DNA of 64,000 bases from Eledone cirrhosa. Taxonomy: Eukaryota. The notes beneath the pieces are model-generated. The model ran no database searches. It saw only the letters and a program-made list of their open reading frames with translations, and was not told the origin of the DNA. Both the position numbers and the translations under genes were made by a program. Shown in pieces: positions 52,795-64,000 of the stretch. Every line of letters begins with the position of its first letter. Positions within the stretch are counted from its first letter, which is position 1. Where the stretch lies: assembly GCA_964016885.1 (NCBI GenBank), contig OZ024740.1, positions 145,328,001-145,392,000 on the forward strand. Reading direction: 5' to 3'.

Positions 52795-53770
52795 CAGAGT
52801 TTGGTCAAAGTGTTAACAAAGAGGTTGACGCTTATCGTTGATGGTCTGGTCGGGGAATTTCATACGTGCAAAACTCTAGCATCCTACATCTCATACGATA
52901 TCTCAAGCGATACATCTTGGCTTCGGTAAGACCTTGGTTAATTTGGAACAGTTGAAAGCTTTCGATAGTGTCAACCATTGCTATGTGATGGCTGGCCTTG
53001 AAACGTTTGAGTTCGGTCTCGGTTTTAGGGAGTAGAAACAGCGGCATCCGTTCGACCGTCAAAGTGAATTGCCCTCTCCAGGGGCCACTTAACATCGCTC
53101 ACACGATCCGCTAGAGGTGTCATCCATCGTTGCTTCGAACGTGCTGACTCTCGAGTCACTGCTGGGAAAGGTGAAGCAGTATAAGAGCATGCCTTTCGAA
53201 TTGGAAGGAGGAACTAGAAGCGTATCGGCATGTGCGGATGACGTCACTACAATGGCGACGCACACCACGTCCTAAAGGAATATGAGACTATGACGGGAGC
53301 AAAGATTAATCCGCAAAAGTCATTCCGCTTGCAAAGGTGGGTCCGTGCTGGTGCTGGTCCGGCGGGCCAGTTACACTGGTGAAGGTCTAGTTCGGTCATG
53401 ATCTCCAGGTGGACAGGAACTGGGCGGGGTTACGAGCAGAGCGGCCCATTTCTATATAAAACAACTTTCAAACGAAGGTTGTTCCTGAAAGGCAAAGGTG
53501 GAAAATCCTCACATTGCTCCCGTCGCTGTCTACCATGACCGGTGTGCTTTACCCTAATCCTCGTCTGGATAGATTGCTCTTCCGCTTCTTATGCACAGAA
53601 ACTCGTCCTGTCATAGTTGCTGAAGCCCAGGCAAAAATTCATATACGGTGAACGTTTGTGGTCTTCGTTTGTGAAACATGTCTTTTCCCTACTTGGCTCT
53701 TTAACTGAGTTGCAGTCCCGATTAAAACAGAGACCGAAATTGGGCGCCTGGCATCTAAAATGTTCATTGC
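52795..53770 (+). mobile_element. Old Tx1-like ORF2 remnant
   Basis: LVKVLTKRLTLIV, NLEQLKAFDSVNH, SACADDV and LQSRLKQRPKLGAWHLKC, colinear with ORF2 of 7661-13300. Confidence 0.8.
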
Positions 53771-55772
53771 TCTCTATTGGTCAGCATTTTCATGTTCCAA
53801 TTGAAAAGGAAAGGTGAGAGTGACAAAGAGGAAAATATTGAGTAAGTGATTCTACTTTAAGCATGAGTCTGTAAGTCAGAAAAAGATAACTAGTGGTCAG
53901 GGTGAATATGGATTTATGTTAAAAGATAGAGCAAGGTCAAAAATATCTGTCGACGAGGAAGAGAGAAGGGTGAAAAGAGACATGAGAAGTGGAGAGGAAA
54001 TGCGAAGGGAGAATCTTCTCTTTGTAGAGAGTATGAAAGAGGAGATTCCCTTACATGTTAACAAAAGTAACGCTAGCAACAACCGCTACCACCAGCAATT
54101 CCAACTACACCATCACCAGTAGCTCGACATTGGTAGCGAAAAATCATGTGATAAAAGACATGGAGAAAAAAACTACTATCACAGCCTTTACCGACTAGCT
54201 CAACTACCGCATCCATCAACATTCTACTACTAGAGACACAGCCAACACCAACACCACTAACAACACCGTCTCTACCACATCCACAGTCACTGCTAGTACC
54301 ACTAGTAGCAGCAATAACAACAATACCGATAATATTGCAAAATCTTTCTCATTTGTTAGAGCAGCAAGCAGCTAGAAGATCACCCTCAGCAATACAGAAG
54401 AGTTGTTGCTCAAAATGTTATCAAAAGCTTGCTCTTCTACAAATATTCTGCAAAGGCCTTAAGCCCTCCCTTATCAACAGAGTGGGCCAAAAGTCACACA
54501 GAGATTTTAATAATAGTTAATAACTCCTTTATATTTTTGTTTTAAATTTAATATATCATAGCATCACACATTATTTTACAGATTAATCTCCAAAATGTTC
54601 TTTATAAAATATGTAAAGAAAATTACAAAAAGTGATTTAAATTTTATTAAAATCTCCGACCCCTTCGTGATTTTCTGTATAAACAGTATCAGACAGGTTA
54701 CACTGGCCTGGGATGTTAATTACAAATGCTAATTCGATCATAAAATTATATTAGAAAGGTTCTGCACCCCTTATTCGTATAACCCGTTTGAAATAGGCCA
54801 AGCTATAAACTTATAAATAAAGAATGGTTTGATAACTGAAGTTCAATAAACTAGCATAAAATTAAATAACGAAAGTTTATCAGAAGTCTTGGAGGGTCTA
54901 ATGATAAAGATATCTTGAAAGATAACAAGTCATATCTACTGCAGGAAAACATACTTAAATGTAATGAAGATAACAATATTCAGATTTATCTAAATAAGAT
55001 AACATTCGGATTTATTGTATGATTACGTACTCACATTTATCTAGTTGGCCATCTGTTAATGAAATACGTGCTGTTCTGTGATGACTCAGGCGTTACGGTA
55101 TAGGAAATATTACAAAACAAACGGAATTTTACTAATACGATATCGCATTTGGCGTGTTTTACTAACTTGTTTAGTCATCAAGATGGGCGTGCTTCTTTTT
55201 AATATATATGAGCTAGATGTGCTAGAAAATACGTATCAAAACCCATCGTTAAATATCTTTTAACAATTTCTCAGTTAACAGGCTATGATAACGATTTTTG
55301 AAAATTTCGAGGCTTATATGGAAGCCTATACAATATGTTTGTATATAATAAACATGCGTGTTTTGCTACGAGTATTTAAAGCTGTGATCATGTCACTTTC
55401 ACCTTAGTAACGTGTGAAATCGCTAAATGCTAGTATTTCATTATCTTTATCCATCGTCAGTAACGTTGAGCATCTCATAAATGCATTATTTTCTATATTC
55501 GCTATTAGCTTATTTCTCTTAGTACCGAGCGAGTAAATGTCACTGGTGATTGATAAAGATCATAAAATACTAACATTCGGCGTTCTCACACAACTTAAAA
55601 TACTCACAATGTCGCTTAAGTATAAAGTCAATGGATATACTGAAGCAACATTGTGAGTGTCAGAATATTTAGCTTATTTAATAAGGAATATTAGCGTTTT
55701 CATTACCACGTATTTCAATTCTTTTTGAAAATAACCAAAAAATGGAAGAATTTAATGAAGTAATTTATTATA

Positions 55773-55962
55773 TAATTGTTTCTACTTTAGGCACAAGGCC
55801 AGCAATTACCCAGTACATTACTGGTACTTTATTTTATCGACCCCGTAAGGATGAAAGGCAAAGTTAACCTCGACGGGATTTGAACTCAGACTGTAAAGGG
55901 ACATAACTATGCTGGAAAGCATGGCGTCCGACTCTCTACCGATACTGCCAATCCACCGCCCT
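55773..55962 (-). mobile_element. Family A SINE
   Basis: Complete head, core and tail. Confidence 0.88.
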
Positions 55963-56099
55963 AATAAATAATATAAGGATAATATGCCTTGTATCACAAA
56001 CCCGGGGCGATTTCAGCTTAGAATCAAAAGGGTTAATGTAAAAGAAGCACTAAACATACCGTTGCTTTAAACATAAAATAAGACATGTAAATCACCGAC

Positions 56100-57588
56100 A
56101 ATCCTTTGTCATCTCTGTTGTGAGATTTAGTTTTTTAAGGTCGGTTTTCACAACCTTGTTTCAAGTCTTTCTGGATCTGCCACTTCAATGGGTCACTTCC
56201 AGTCACGGGGTTTTCTTTACATTCTTTTATGTAGCTGCTATTTTCCATACGCACTACATGTGCATACTAACGCATTCTTCTCTCTTGCAAACTACATCCA
56301 ATTCCTTCTATGCCAAGTCCCCCCCCCCCCAGTTTGCTTATGCTATGTCGTTCATGCACACTTACATTACATATCCATCAGATCATACTTGATTAGTTTC
56401 TTTTTAGCCTCTACAGAGCTTGTGCAGTCAAGGCTCATGTTTCATTGCTATGTAGAATTGCAGTTCGCACACAAGCATCATACAGTCAACCCTTCACTCT
56501 GAGAGAAAAAGCCCTTTGTTGTCAGCAGAGGTAACAGTTCTTTTATCTTCTTCCAGCCTGTTCTTATCCTAGCTATCATACTTTCAGAGTATCCTCCCCA
56601 ACTGCTAATTTTGTCTCCTAGGTAACAAAAGCTGTCAACAACTTCTAAGGAGTTTCCCTGGCAACTGAAGTTATTCGTTTCAGATATGCTCTTAATGCCT
56701 ACTTTTCCTGTGCATCTGCTGCATACAAAAGCTATCTTTACCGTTAGCCTGCCTGCAACCTTACTTCACCTCTTGTGCCTCCATAAATTACACAGTGAGC
56801 ACCTTATGGAGTTTCTGCCCACATCTTTTTGAGATATCTAACAAGACCACTTCTCTGATGGTACCAGCCGCTTTTCCTCTTTCTTACTTATTAAGATTTT
56901 CGTCTTTGCTAAGATTGTTTTTAGGCCTTTCAAATATAGGTTCTTCTTCCATGCTTGAAATTTTGCCTTTAACTCTCCTATGGATTCAGCTATAAGAACT
57001 AGGTCATAAGCTTATAGGAGCTCCCATGGAGTGCTAGTTTTAAACTCCTCAGTAATGGCCTGAAGAACAATGATAAACAGGAGAGGACTGAACCCTAGTG
57101 GACCCACAATTGCACTTCAAATTCATCACTGTACTCATTGTCAACTCTCACTTTGCTGGTTGTTCTTTTATACATGACCTGCAAGGTCCACACGAATCAT
57201 TCGTCTACACCCACCTTCCTAAGTACCCATCAGATTACAGAGCGTGGGACTTCTCCAAATCTAAAATGATAGGTACAGTGGCTTACTTTTAGCTCTCCTG
57301 TTATTATCTCATCAGAAAGAGGGCGTCGCTAATACCCCTACCTGGCATAAATCCAAACTGCATCTCATCTAACACGATTCTGTCCCTAACTTGATGCCTC
57401 TGTAGTTACTTCTCTCTAATGCGTCTCCCTTGCCCTTATGACAATTTACAATGAAACTACTGCACTGATCATTGGGCATAACACCATCCTGTACTACTTG
57501 ATTAGCTGACGCATAGTTAGTATGCTACCAGGCCAGACACGTTTAGCATCTCAGCTACTATAATGATGATCCAACTGTCTTACCTACC

Positions 57589-57590
<2 letters not shown>
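56100..57590 (-). mobile_element. Degenerate RTE LINE with a PHD-like insertion in RT
   Basis: QFGFMPGRG, SPLLFIIV, PWELL, a Cys-rich insert and VDSFCYLGD on the minus strand. Confidence 0.75.
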
Positions 57591-57619
<29 letters not shown>

Positions 57620-57624
<5 letters not shown>

Positions 57625-59246
57625 TTCAAAATATTAACAAATATAGACATTCATGTGATCAAGTATATTTTATTATACATAATTCAGAGGTACTGAGCTA
57701 TTTTCCACAGTACGTCCTCATCAGATAAAATAAGTTGATTCTTGACATACATTGACTATGTTGATGGTTAAAATTCAGTCATGAATTGGTTATGACAAAA
57801 CTCAATATTTATATACCTTAAGATTGAGACATGAAAAAATACATATAATACAGAGGGTGCGTGTGAGAAAGCTTATAAAGATACATAATAATAAATAACT
57901 ACTGGTATAATATAAGCCTACATAACTGTTAAAAATTTACATAATTTAAATAAAGTAATATATCTTATAGAAAAAGGAAGTGAAAGACGGAGAGGGAGAC
58001 AGATGAGGAAAGAGAGAATGACTAGAAATATAGAATTATCATATGCACGAAAGCAAAAGAAAAATGGATTAAGGATAGAGAGAAGAGGAGAAAGAAATAA
58101 GTTTTATAGTATAAAACACAGGGGGGGGGTGAGACTTGTATTGTCGTGAATAAACAGCGTATAATTAGATGAGGTAAACATATATATATAAATATATTTG
58201 GGCATAGCTTGGTGAATGATTATTTTCGAATCCTTAAGTTAATTAGAAATAGTCAATTAATCGAATATATATATCCCGGCGCATCCGGATGACCGTTAAA
58301 ATTTCGAATCTTTATGTTAGTTAGAAATAGTGAATTAATCTAATGGCATAAGATTTCTGACTATAAAATTTATAAGGATTTATATTATAGTATACTATGA
58401 TATTTAAAGTGTTTGCAAACATGAGAAGGAACAGACTTAATATTTTCATCAACCCGAAGGTAATCCAAATTAAATTATATTAAAAAATTATATTAAAAAA
58501 TGTTATATTAAAAAATTATATTAAAAAATAATCATTATATAATTTAGAAAATAATTACAATTATAAAGTTAAAATTAGAATGCCCTTAAGTATCCAAAAG
58601 CCATATAAATGTAGTTAAAAAGAATATTATTAAACTAGATATACGCATTTGTCTAAATTTATACAAATAGTATATTGTTTAAAGTTTAAGACGATATTAG
58701 TCAGTTATATATGATATAATAAATATAATCACTGGTGATAGTGTTAAAATAAAGTTTTACATCAAGTTAAGTAGAAAAAAAATTTAGTCAACTAGGATCA
58801 TGTAAGACATCTATACTATAAATATACAAATCAAACTTCTTGAATCATAAAACACAGATTCAAAATAAATAAATGTTAATTTTTGTTAATTAAGTTATCA
58901 TAATTACTAATTATTAATAGGGTCCCCATAGTACAAAGATTGCAGTTAGGTAATATTGAAGAATTCAAGTAGACTTGACCATTACACAGCTTAGACCAAG
59001 AAATCAAGTATTTTAAATTTTTGTCTTTTAATGACCATAAAGTTGTGATAAAGAGGTTGAAAGTTTCCTATTAGAATTCGAGAATGAATATTTGTGATTT
59101 GAAAATCTTAATTTGAAGGTCGATAAAGTTGCACCAGTATGTGATGTTATTTGCTTTCACGGTGCATTTATATTACCTCTGAAATATGTATAATAAAATA
59201 TAATTGATCACATGAATGTCTATATTTGTTAATATTTTGAATTAAT
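57620..59246 (-). mobile_element. 5'-truncated Penelope-like element with an inverted pseudo-LTR
   Basis: 73-bp inverted repeats at 57620-57692 and 59174-59246 (2 mismatches). Minus-strand GIY-YIG C-terminus GATLSTFKLRFSNHKYSF...LWSLKDKN...CNLC at about 58870-59140. Hammerhead motif in the 3' pLTR. Confidence 0.75.
57666..57732 (-). ncRNA. Type I hammerhead ribozyme motif (GAAA mutated to GAAT)
   Basis: TATTTTAT-CTGATGA-GGAcGTACTG...CAGTACcTCT-GAAT-TATGTATA-ATAAAATA. Same stems I and III as 44443-44508. Confidence 0.7.
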
Positions 59247-59746
59247 GTTAATAACTCCAGAAAACCATTACTGTGGACTGCTTCTAATCTATTGTGAAAC
59301 TTTATTCATTGATTTATTCATTGAACCTTGTTTAACCTTTAATTATATATATATATATATAGTATTAAGGATACTATTTATGGTTATGTATGTAATAAAA
59401 CCTTTTATGGTAATATATTTTTTATACAAACCTTAAATAGTGAAAGATAGTCATTAATTACTATCTTATTACCAGTAAGATAAATAGCTCAATGTAATAA
59501 CATCGGTTGTTTTACAGAGCAGTTATATAGAGATTACAATAATCAAAGTTCAGTTTAAATCATTTATTTGCTTACAATTGTTTCCTCTAAACCGAGGTTT
59601 GGATTCTTCGGAGCAACTATTTAGTGATCTATAACATACTTGACCTCCTTTTCAACACAAGAGGCATATAAAACATATGCACATATTGATCCACAGTGGG
59701 ATGACATCCATCAAAATGATATAGCATGGCAATTTACATATAAAGG

Positions 59747-59948
59747 TTAAAAAAAAAAAAAAAAATAAAAAAAAAAAAAAATAAATAAATAAATAAAAAA
59801 AAAAATAAAAAAAAAAAATAAAAAAAATAAAAAATAAAAATAAAAATAAAAATAAAAATAAAAATAAAAGTAAAAGTAAAAATAAAAATAAAAATAAAAA
59901 TAAAAATAAAAATAAAAATTAAAATTAAAATTAAAATAAAAATAAAAA
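59747..59948. repeat. Poly(A)/(TAAAAA)n low-complexity tract
   Basis: Simple repeat. Confidence 0.95.
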
Positions 59949-59982
59949 TGAAGCATTGGCAGTCTATGAAGATAAAGCAAGA

Positions 59983-60066
59983 GGTGGATCAGATGTTTGG
60001 AAGTCATGGGTTTGGCATAATGGGAATGGAGGATTTGTTTTTTGACTCCCAAACATCTGATCCACC
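59983..60066. repeat. 24-bp inverted repeat (1 mismatch) with a 36-nt loop
   Basis: ggtggatcagatgtttggaagtca / tgactcccaaacatctgatccacc. Confidence 0.9.
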
Positions 60067-60271
60067 GAAACTCGGCCGTTTCGGACCATACCAAAATCAA
60101 CATACTGATTGCGGATTTGGTTACGGGTGATGAGAAACGTGTCCCGCATGTGCAACCTCGAAGAACTAGAGAGACACATACAACACTTCATCCACCGTAT
60201 GCAGTTCTCTGGCTACAATCAGAGAGATAAAATCAGAGTGTATAGAGGAGCCAGAACCAAATTGGGAAAAA

Positions 60272-60934
60272 ATGGTAAATAATGACATAAATGGGACCTG
60301 CCCCTTGTATAGGAGCAAATTTTGGAATAGAATAGAAAGAACTAGGAACAAGGCTAATAGAATAAACTCATGGTATGATAGCAATAAATACCAGAGTGTA
60401 ATGTTCATCGATACAACCCCTAGAGGTGAATTAGCTTACAAATTTAGAAGGGCCCTAAATAAACATAAACTCAATATTAAGATAGTAGAAAGACCAGGTA
60501 CCTCCATAAAAACACTTATTAGCAAGACATACCTTTTTCAAAGACTCTCATGTATAGATAAGAAATGTATAACCTGTAAAATAAGCCCCCATATTAACTG
60601 TAAAACTAGAAATGTAGTGTATAGCATAAGATGTACTGAAGGACAATGTAGAGACAAAAATATAGTGTACATAGGTGAGACAGCTCGTAGTGTAGGGGAA
60701 CGGATAAATGAACACTGGCGAGACCTTCAAGATAGTAAAGAATCATCTGTACTCTACCAACATGCTAAAATAGAACACAAGGGTAAACTAGAGAACATAG
60801 AAATAAAAATAGAATCTACACACAGAAAAGACGCAATGTTTAGACAAATTACAGAGGCAATAAACATAAAAGAATTACAACCAAAATTAAATAGAAAATA
60901 TGAGTGGAACAGCAACATCACAACTTACAATTAA
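60272..60934 (+). CDS. PLE C-terminal linker + GIY-YIG endonuclease (fragment of a truncated ORF)
   Basis: CIDKKCITC zinc motif, NVVYSIRC...VYIGETARSVGERINEH, LYQHAKIEH and RQITEAINI..LQPKLNRK. Confidence 0.8.
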   Translation: MVNNDINGTCPLYRSKFWNRIERTRNKANRINSWYDSNKYQSVMFIDTTPRGELAYKFRRALNKHKLNIKIVERPGTSIKTLISKTYLFQRLSCIDKKCITCKISPHINCKTRNVVYSIRCTEGQCRDKNIVYIGETARSVGERINEHWRDLQDSKESSVLYQHAKIEHKGKLENIEIKIESTHRKDAMFRQITEAINIKELQPKLNRKYEWNSNITTYN

Positions 60935-61131
60935 GGACAAAATGAAAACACACACACACATAGAACAAACAACCAACCAGTAACATGTAAATAAACAAAT
61001 AAATAAATGAACATAAACACACAGACACCCGGATGTGGCGCATGCGCAGACTGAGCACACAACACACACAGAAACAAAATGGCGTAGGACAGAACAAAGG
61101 AGAGGCACAGAAACAAAGAAAGGAATCCCCA

Positions 61132-61174
61132 GTCACTGAAGAGGTCACAGAGTGTGTGACGAAAGAACTATGAC
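61132..61174 (+). ncRNA. Type I hammerhead ribozyme motif in a PLE pLTR
   Basis: GTCA-CTGAAGA-g-GTCAC agagtgt GTGAC-GAAA-GaaC-TA-TGAC. Confidence 0.7.
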
Positions 61175-61518
61175 AATATATAAACAACTATCTGGTTGTG
61201 GAACCAACCAACCAACCAGAAATTTATAAATTTATAAATTTATTATTAAAATTCGATAAAACTACATACATGCTTACAAACTTCCTTTAGGAACGCCGAA
61301 GAGAGAGAGGGAGAACGTTTGTTTTTGAGTGTGGAACAGTCAAACATTTATTTACTTCAATGACAAAGAGAACTTATTACATTTCATACGAAACAACAAT
61401 TATTCAAAAGCAACAAATAAATTTATTCAACAACAACAAAAATAGCGATAAATCTTTTTTAAAACCTCTCAACGAACGTGGAAGAAAGGAGTATCAGTTT
61501 ATTTACTATACACAATAA

Positions 61519-61882
61519 TATCCTCTGTGAGGTCACTAAACCTGCTAGAAACAGCAGCTAACTCTCCCCCATATCACACCCCTCCCTACTGTCTTAAATT
61601 TAGAAAACATATCCTCTATGAGGTCACTAAACCTGCTAGAAATAGCAGCTAACTCTCCCCCATATCACACCACTCCCCACTGTCTTAAATTTAGAAAACA
61701 TATCCTCTATGAGGTCACTAAACCTGCTAGAAATAGCAGCTAACTCTCCCCCATATCACACCACTCCCCACTGTCTTAAATTTAGAAAACATATCCTCTA
61801 TGAGGTCACTAAACCTGCTAGAAACAGCAGATAACTCTCCCCCATATCACACCACTCCCTACTGTCTTAAATTTAGAAAACA
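61519..61882. repeat. 91-bp minisatellite, 4 copies
   Basis: Units start at 61519, 61610, 61701 and 61792 and are nearly identical. Confidence 0.95.
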
Positions 61883-61894
61883 CACATTAGACAA

Positions 61895-62180
61895 CCATGC
61901 AGAGAAACTCCATCGCAGCTCTGTTGTTCGGCTGGCATCGTCTACGCGCGTGTTGCGCAAGTACTGTGAAACAATAAATTTGAACACTTTTTTGCACAGA
62001 GATAATATCCATAGGCGAAACTACAATTGTCACTGCTGGCGCAGCTCCAGCTTCGGCAGTCCAGGTCTGCAATTCATTCACCCAGTGCCTGGCAGACAAA
62101 AAAGTGCTGCCATAAAATGGGTGATGCAACCTAACTTTGGTAACTTACTGACCCCGAGCAACGCCGGGTTTTAATGCTAG
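61895..62180 (+). mobile_element. Helitron 3'-terminal segment
   Basis: cccgagcaacgccggg hairpin followed by CTAG|T (62177-62181). The 5' boundary is uncertain. Confidence 0.65.
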
Positions 62181-62183
62181 TTA

Positions 62184-64000
62184 TCTATAAAAGGCAGATT
62201 GTTGTTGTTGTTGTTGTGTGTGTGTGTGCGCATGTTCCATGTTTATACATTTGCACAATTTCAAACCGATTCGACTCAAAGTCTGTAAGAATGTTGTAAA
62301 TCGTCTAACTTAGGCCAACAAGTATTTATTTATTTCAACCTCACCCACAATTACGGAAATAATCGATAAAACTAAATACATGACGCTTTACCCCTCTAAT
62401 AGAATCTGATTTATTCTACCTAACTTCCATACATACTGCAACCTTCTCTTATATACGCTTATAAACCCACTCCTTAATAATTTCACACAATTACATTTTG
62501 TGTATAACATATTTACACGTTTATTGAGTGAAAAAAAAACCACATAGGGATTTTTGGCCAAACAACTTCACATTGCTGACAGAAGCGCGCTTTAAACAAA
62601 CTGTGAATTATTTATTTGCCTCTGTAAGAATGTTGTAAATGGTCTAACTTAGGTCAACGACTATTTATTTATTTATTTCAAAATCGCCCACAATTACGGA
62701 AATAATTTCCTCTCTCTACTCCACATAAAAATCGAAAAATAGAAATACATGCTCACACACAATTACATTTTGTGTATAACATATTTACACGTTTATTGGG
62801 TGAAAAAAAACAACAAATAGGGATTTTTGGCCAAAAAACTTCAAATTGCTGACAGAAGCGTGCTTTCAACAAACTGTGAGTTATTTATTTGCCGTTCGTT
62901 CTCCCATTTTTCCCCTGCGGAACGCAGACAGTTTTCAGCCTTATACTTTCAAAGGCAATTTTGCTGTAGAAGTAACTTTCACCCTTTCTTTTTCACATAA
63001 AATGGTACCTAAAAAGAGAAGTCGCCTCGGTCGCCATACCGCGTCAGCGGCGGCGCAGAGGGCGATTACATCAAACGAGCCCCCCGAGGAAATTGCTTTA
63101 AGACTTTGACAAAGCGGCTTACGTTCAGCAGAATGCAGAGCTGCTAAAAGTTTTCAACAACGCACCGCACGTCTAGCCAAGATGGCTTCATACGACGCCT
63201 CGAGACGTGCTGTGATGTGCGATTCGGAGTGGGCGATACGTCATTCCAAAAAAACCGCTTCTACGCTACTTCCAGGGCTTCAGAGGGCCCGGAACAAAGG
63301 TCGACTCGCCTGAATAGAAACGCTGCTGCTACTGCTGCTTCTAGGGCTTCAGAGGGCCCGGAACAAAGGGCGGCTCGACTGAATAGAAACGCTGCGGCTA
63401 CTGCTGCTTCCAGGGCTTTTGAAGGTTTGGAACGGCGGACGAATCGCCTTGCTAGGAACGCCGCGGCTATGACTGCTTCCATGGCTTCTGAAGATGCAGA
63501 CGGGCGCTCCATTAGGATTGCAAGAGTGGCTTTTGCTACTGCTGCGAGAGCTTCCCACGACCCACAGAAGCAACATTCTACGTTGGAGCGGAACAGTCGA
63601 CGACAAGAAACTGCCCGCGGTGTGACGAGCCCCGACAGCCCATACTGGCACCTACGGGCTTTCAAGTATGAGCCCAACGTTAACTACTCGATGCGTGCCG
63701 ACATAAATAATAAGGGAAATGCGCTTCAATTGCAAATTCTGCAATGCTAAAAAGTGGGCTGGGGAGCCATCTGCAATGTGCTGCTTAAACGGTAAGGTCA
63801 GCTTGCCCCCTCTTGGGGAACCACCAGAGCCTTTGAAGGAACTACTTACTGGTTCTACCTCAAGGTCATCCAAATTCCTTCAACTCATCAGGAAGTACAA
63901 TTGTGCGTTTCAAATGACTTCTTTCGGGGCTAACGTTGTCAGAGAAAGTGGTTGGATGCCTACTTTCAAGGCAGAAGAGGGGGTTGCCACACGCGCACAT
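62184..64000 (+). mobile_element. Helitron 5' portion (continues beyond the window)
   Basis: A|TC start (tctataaaaggcaga), internally duplicated 5' region, RepHel N-terminus. Confidence 0.8.
63002..64000 (+). pseudogene. Helitron Rep/helicase N-terminal region with 23-aa STPR-like repeats, disrupted
   Basis: MVPKKRSRLGR start, RASEGPEQR..RL repeats, AFKYEP and CKFCNAKKWAGEPSAMCCLNGKVSLP...IRKYNCAFQMTSFGA...GWMPTFK. Stop at 63107-63109 plus frameshifts. Confidence 0.85.

Larger units (their letters stand above)
60085..61260 (+). mobile_element. 5'-truncated Penelope-like element (RT thumb + GIY-YIG + pLTR)
   Basis: KINILIADLV/VMRNVS and RMQFSGY thumb remnants, an open EN ORF and a downstream hammerhead motif. 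Confidence 0.85.

Noticed and set aside
61519-61882. CRISPR-like regular array (also 35204-35332)
   Set aside because: Units are contiguous and near-identical with no unique spacers, there are no cas genes, and the context is eukaryotic.

Overview
AT-rich, microsatellite-dense eukaryotic (animal) DNA. The SINE families and repeat landscape most resemble an octopus/cephalopod genome, which is an inference. I can support no intact host protein-coding gene: the window is essentially a transposon graveyard. It holds a 5'-truncated R4/Dong-type (RLE) LINE, a near-full-length Tx1/L1 LINE, three RTE LINEs plus a non-autonomous RTE-derived element, four Penelope-like (PLE) remnants, Helitron pieces, about 20 tRNA-derived SINE copies, minisatellites and many microsatellites. 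Most ORFs in the supplied track are microsatellite artefacts or antisense shadows. The most notable RNA-level signals are (i) several type I hammerhead ribozyme motifs in PLE pseudo-LTRs and in small non-coding units inside (TA)n tracts, and (ii) a covarying multi-hairpin RNA head of about 215 nt shared by an autonomous RTE and a different, non-autonomous RTE family. All alignments and folds were done by eye, and boundaries of old elements are approximate.
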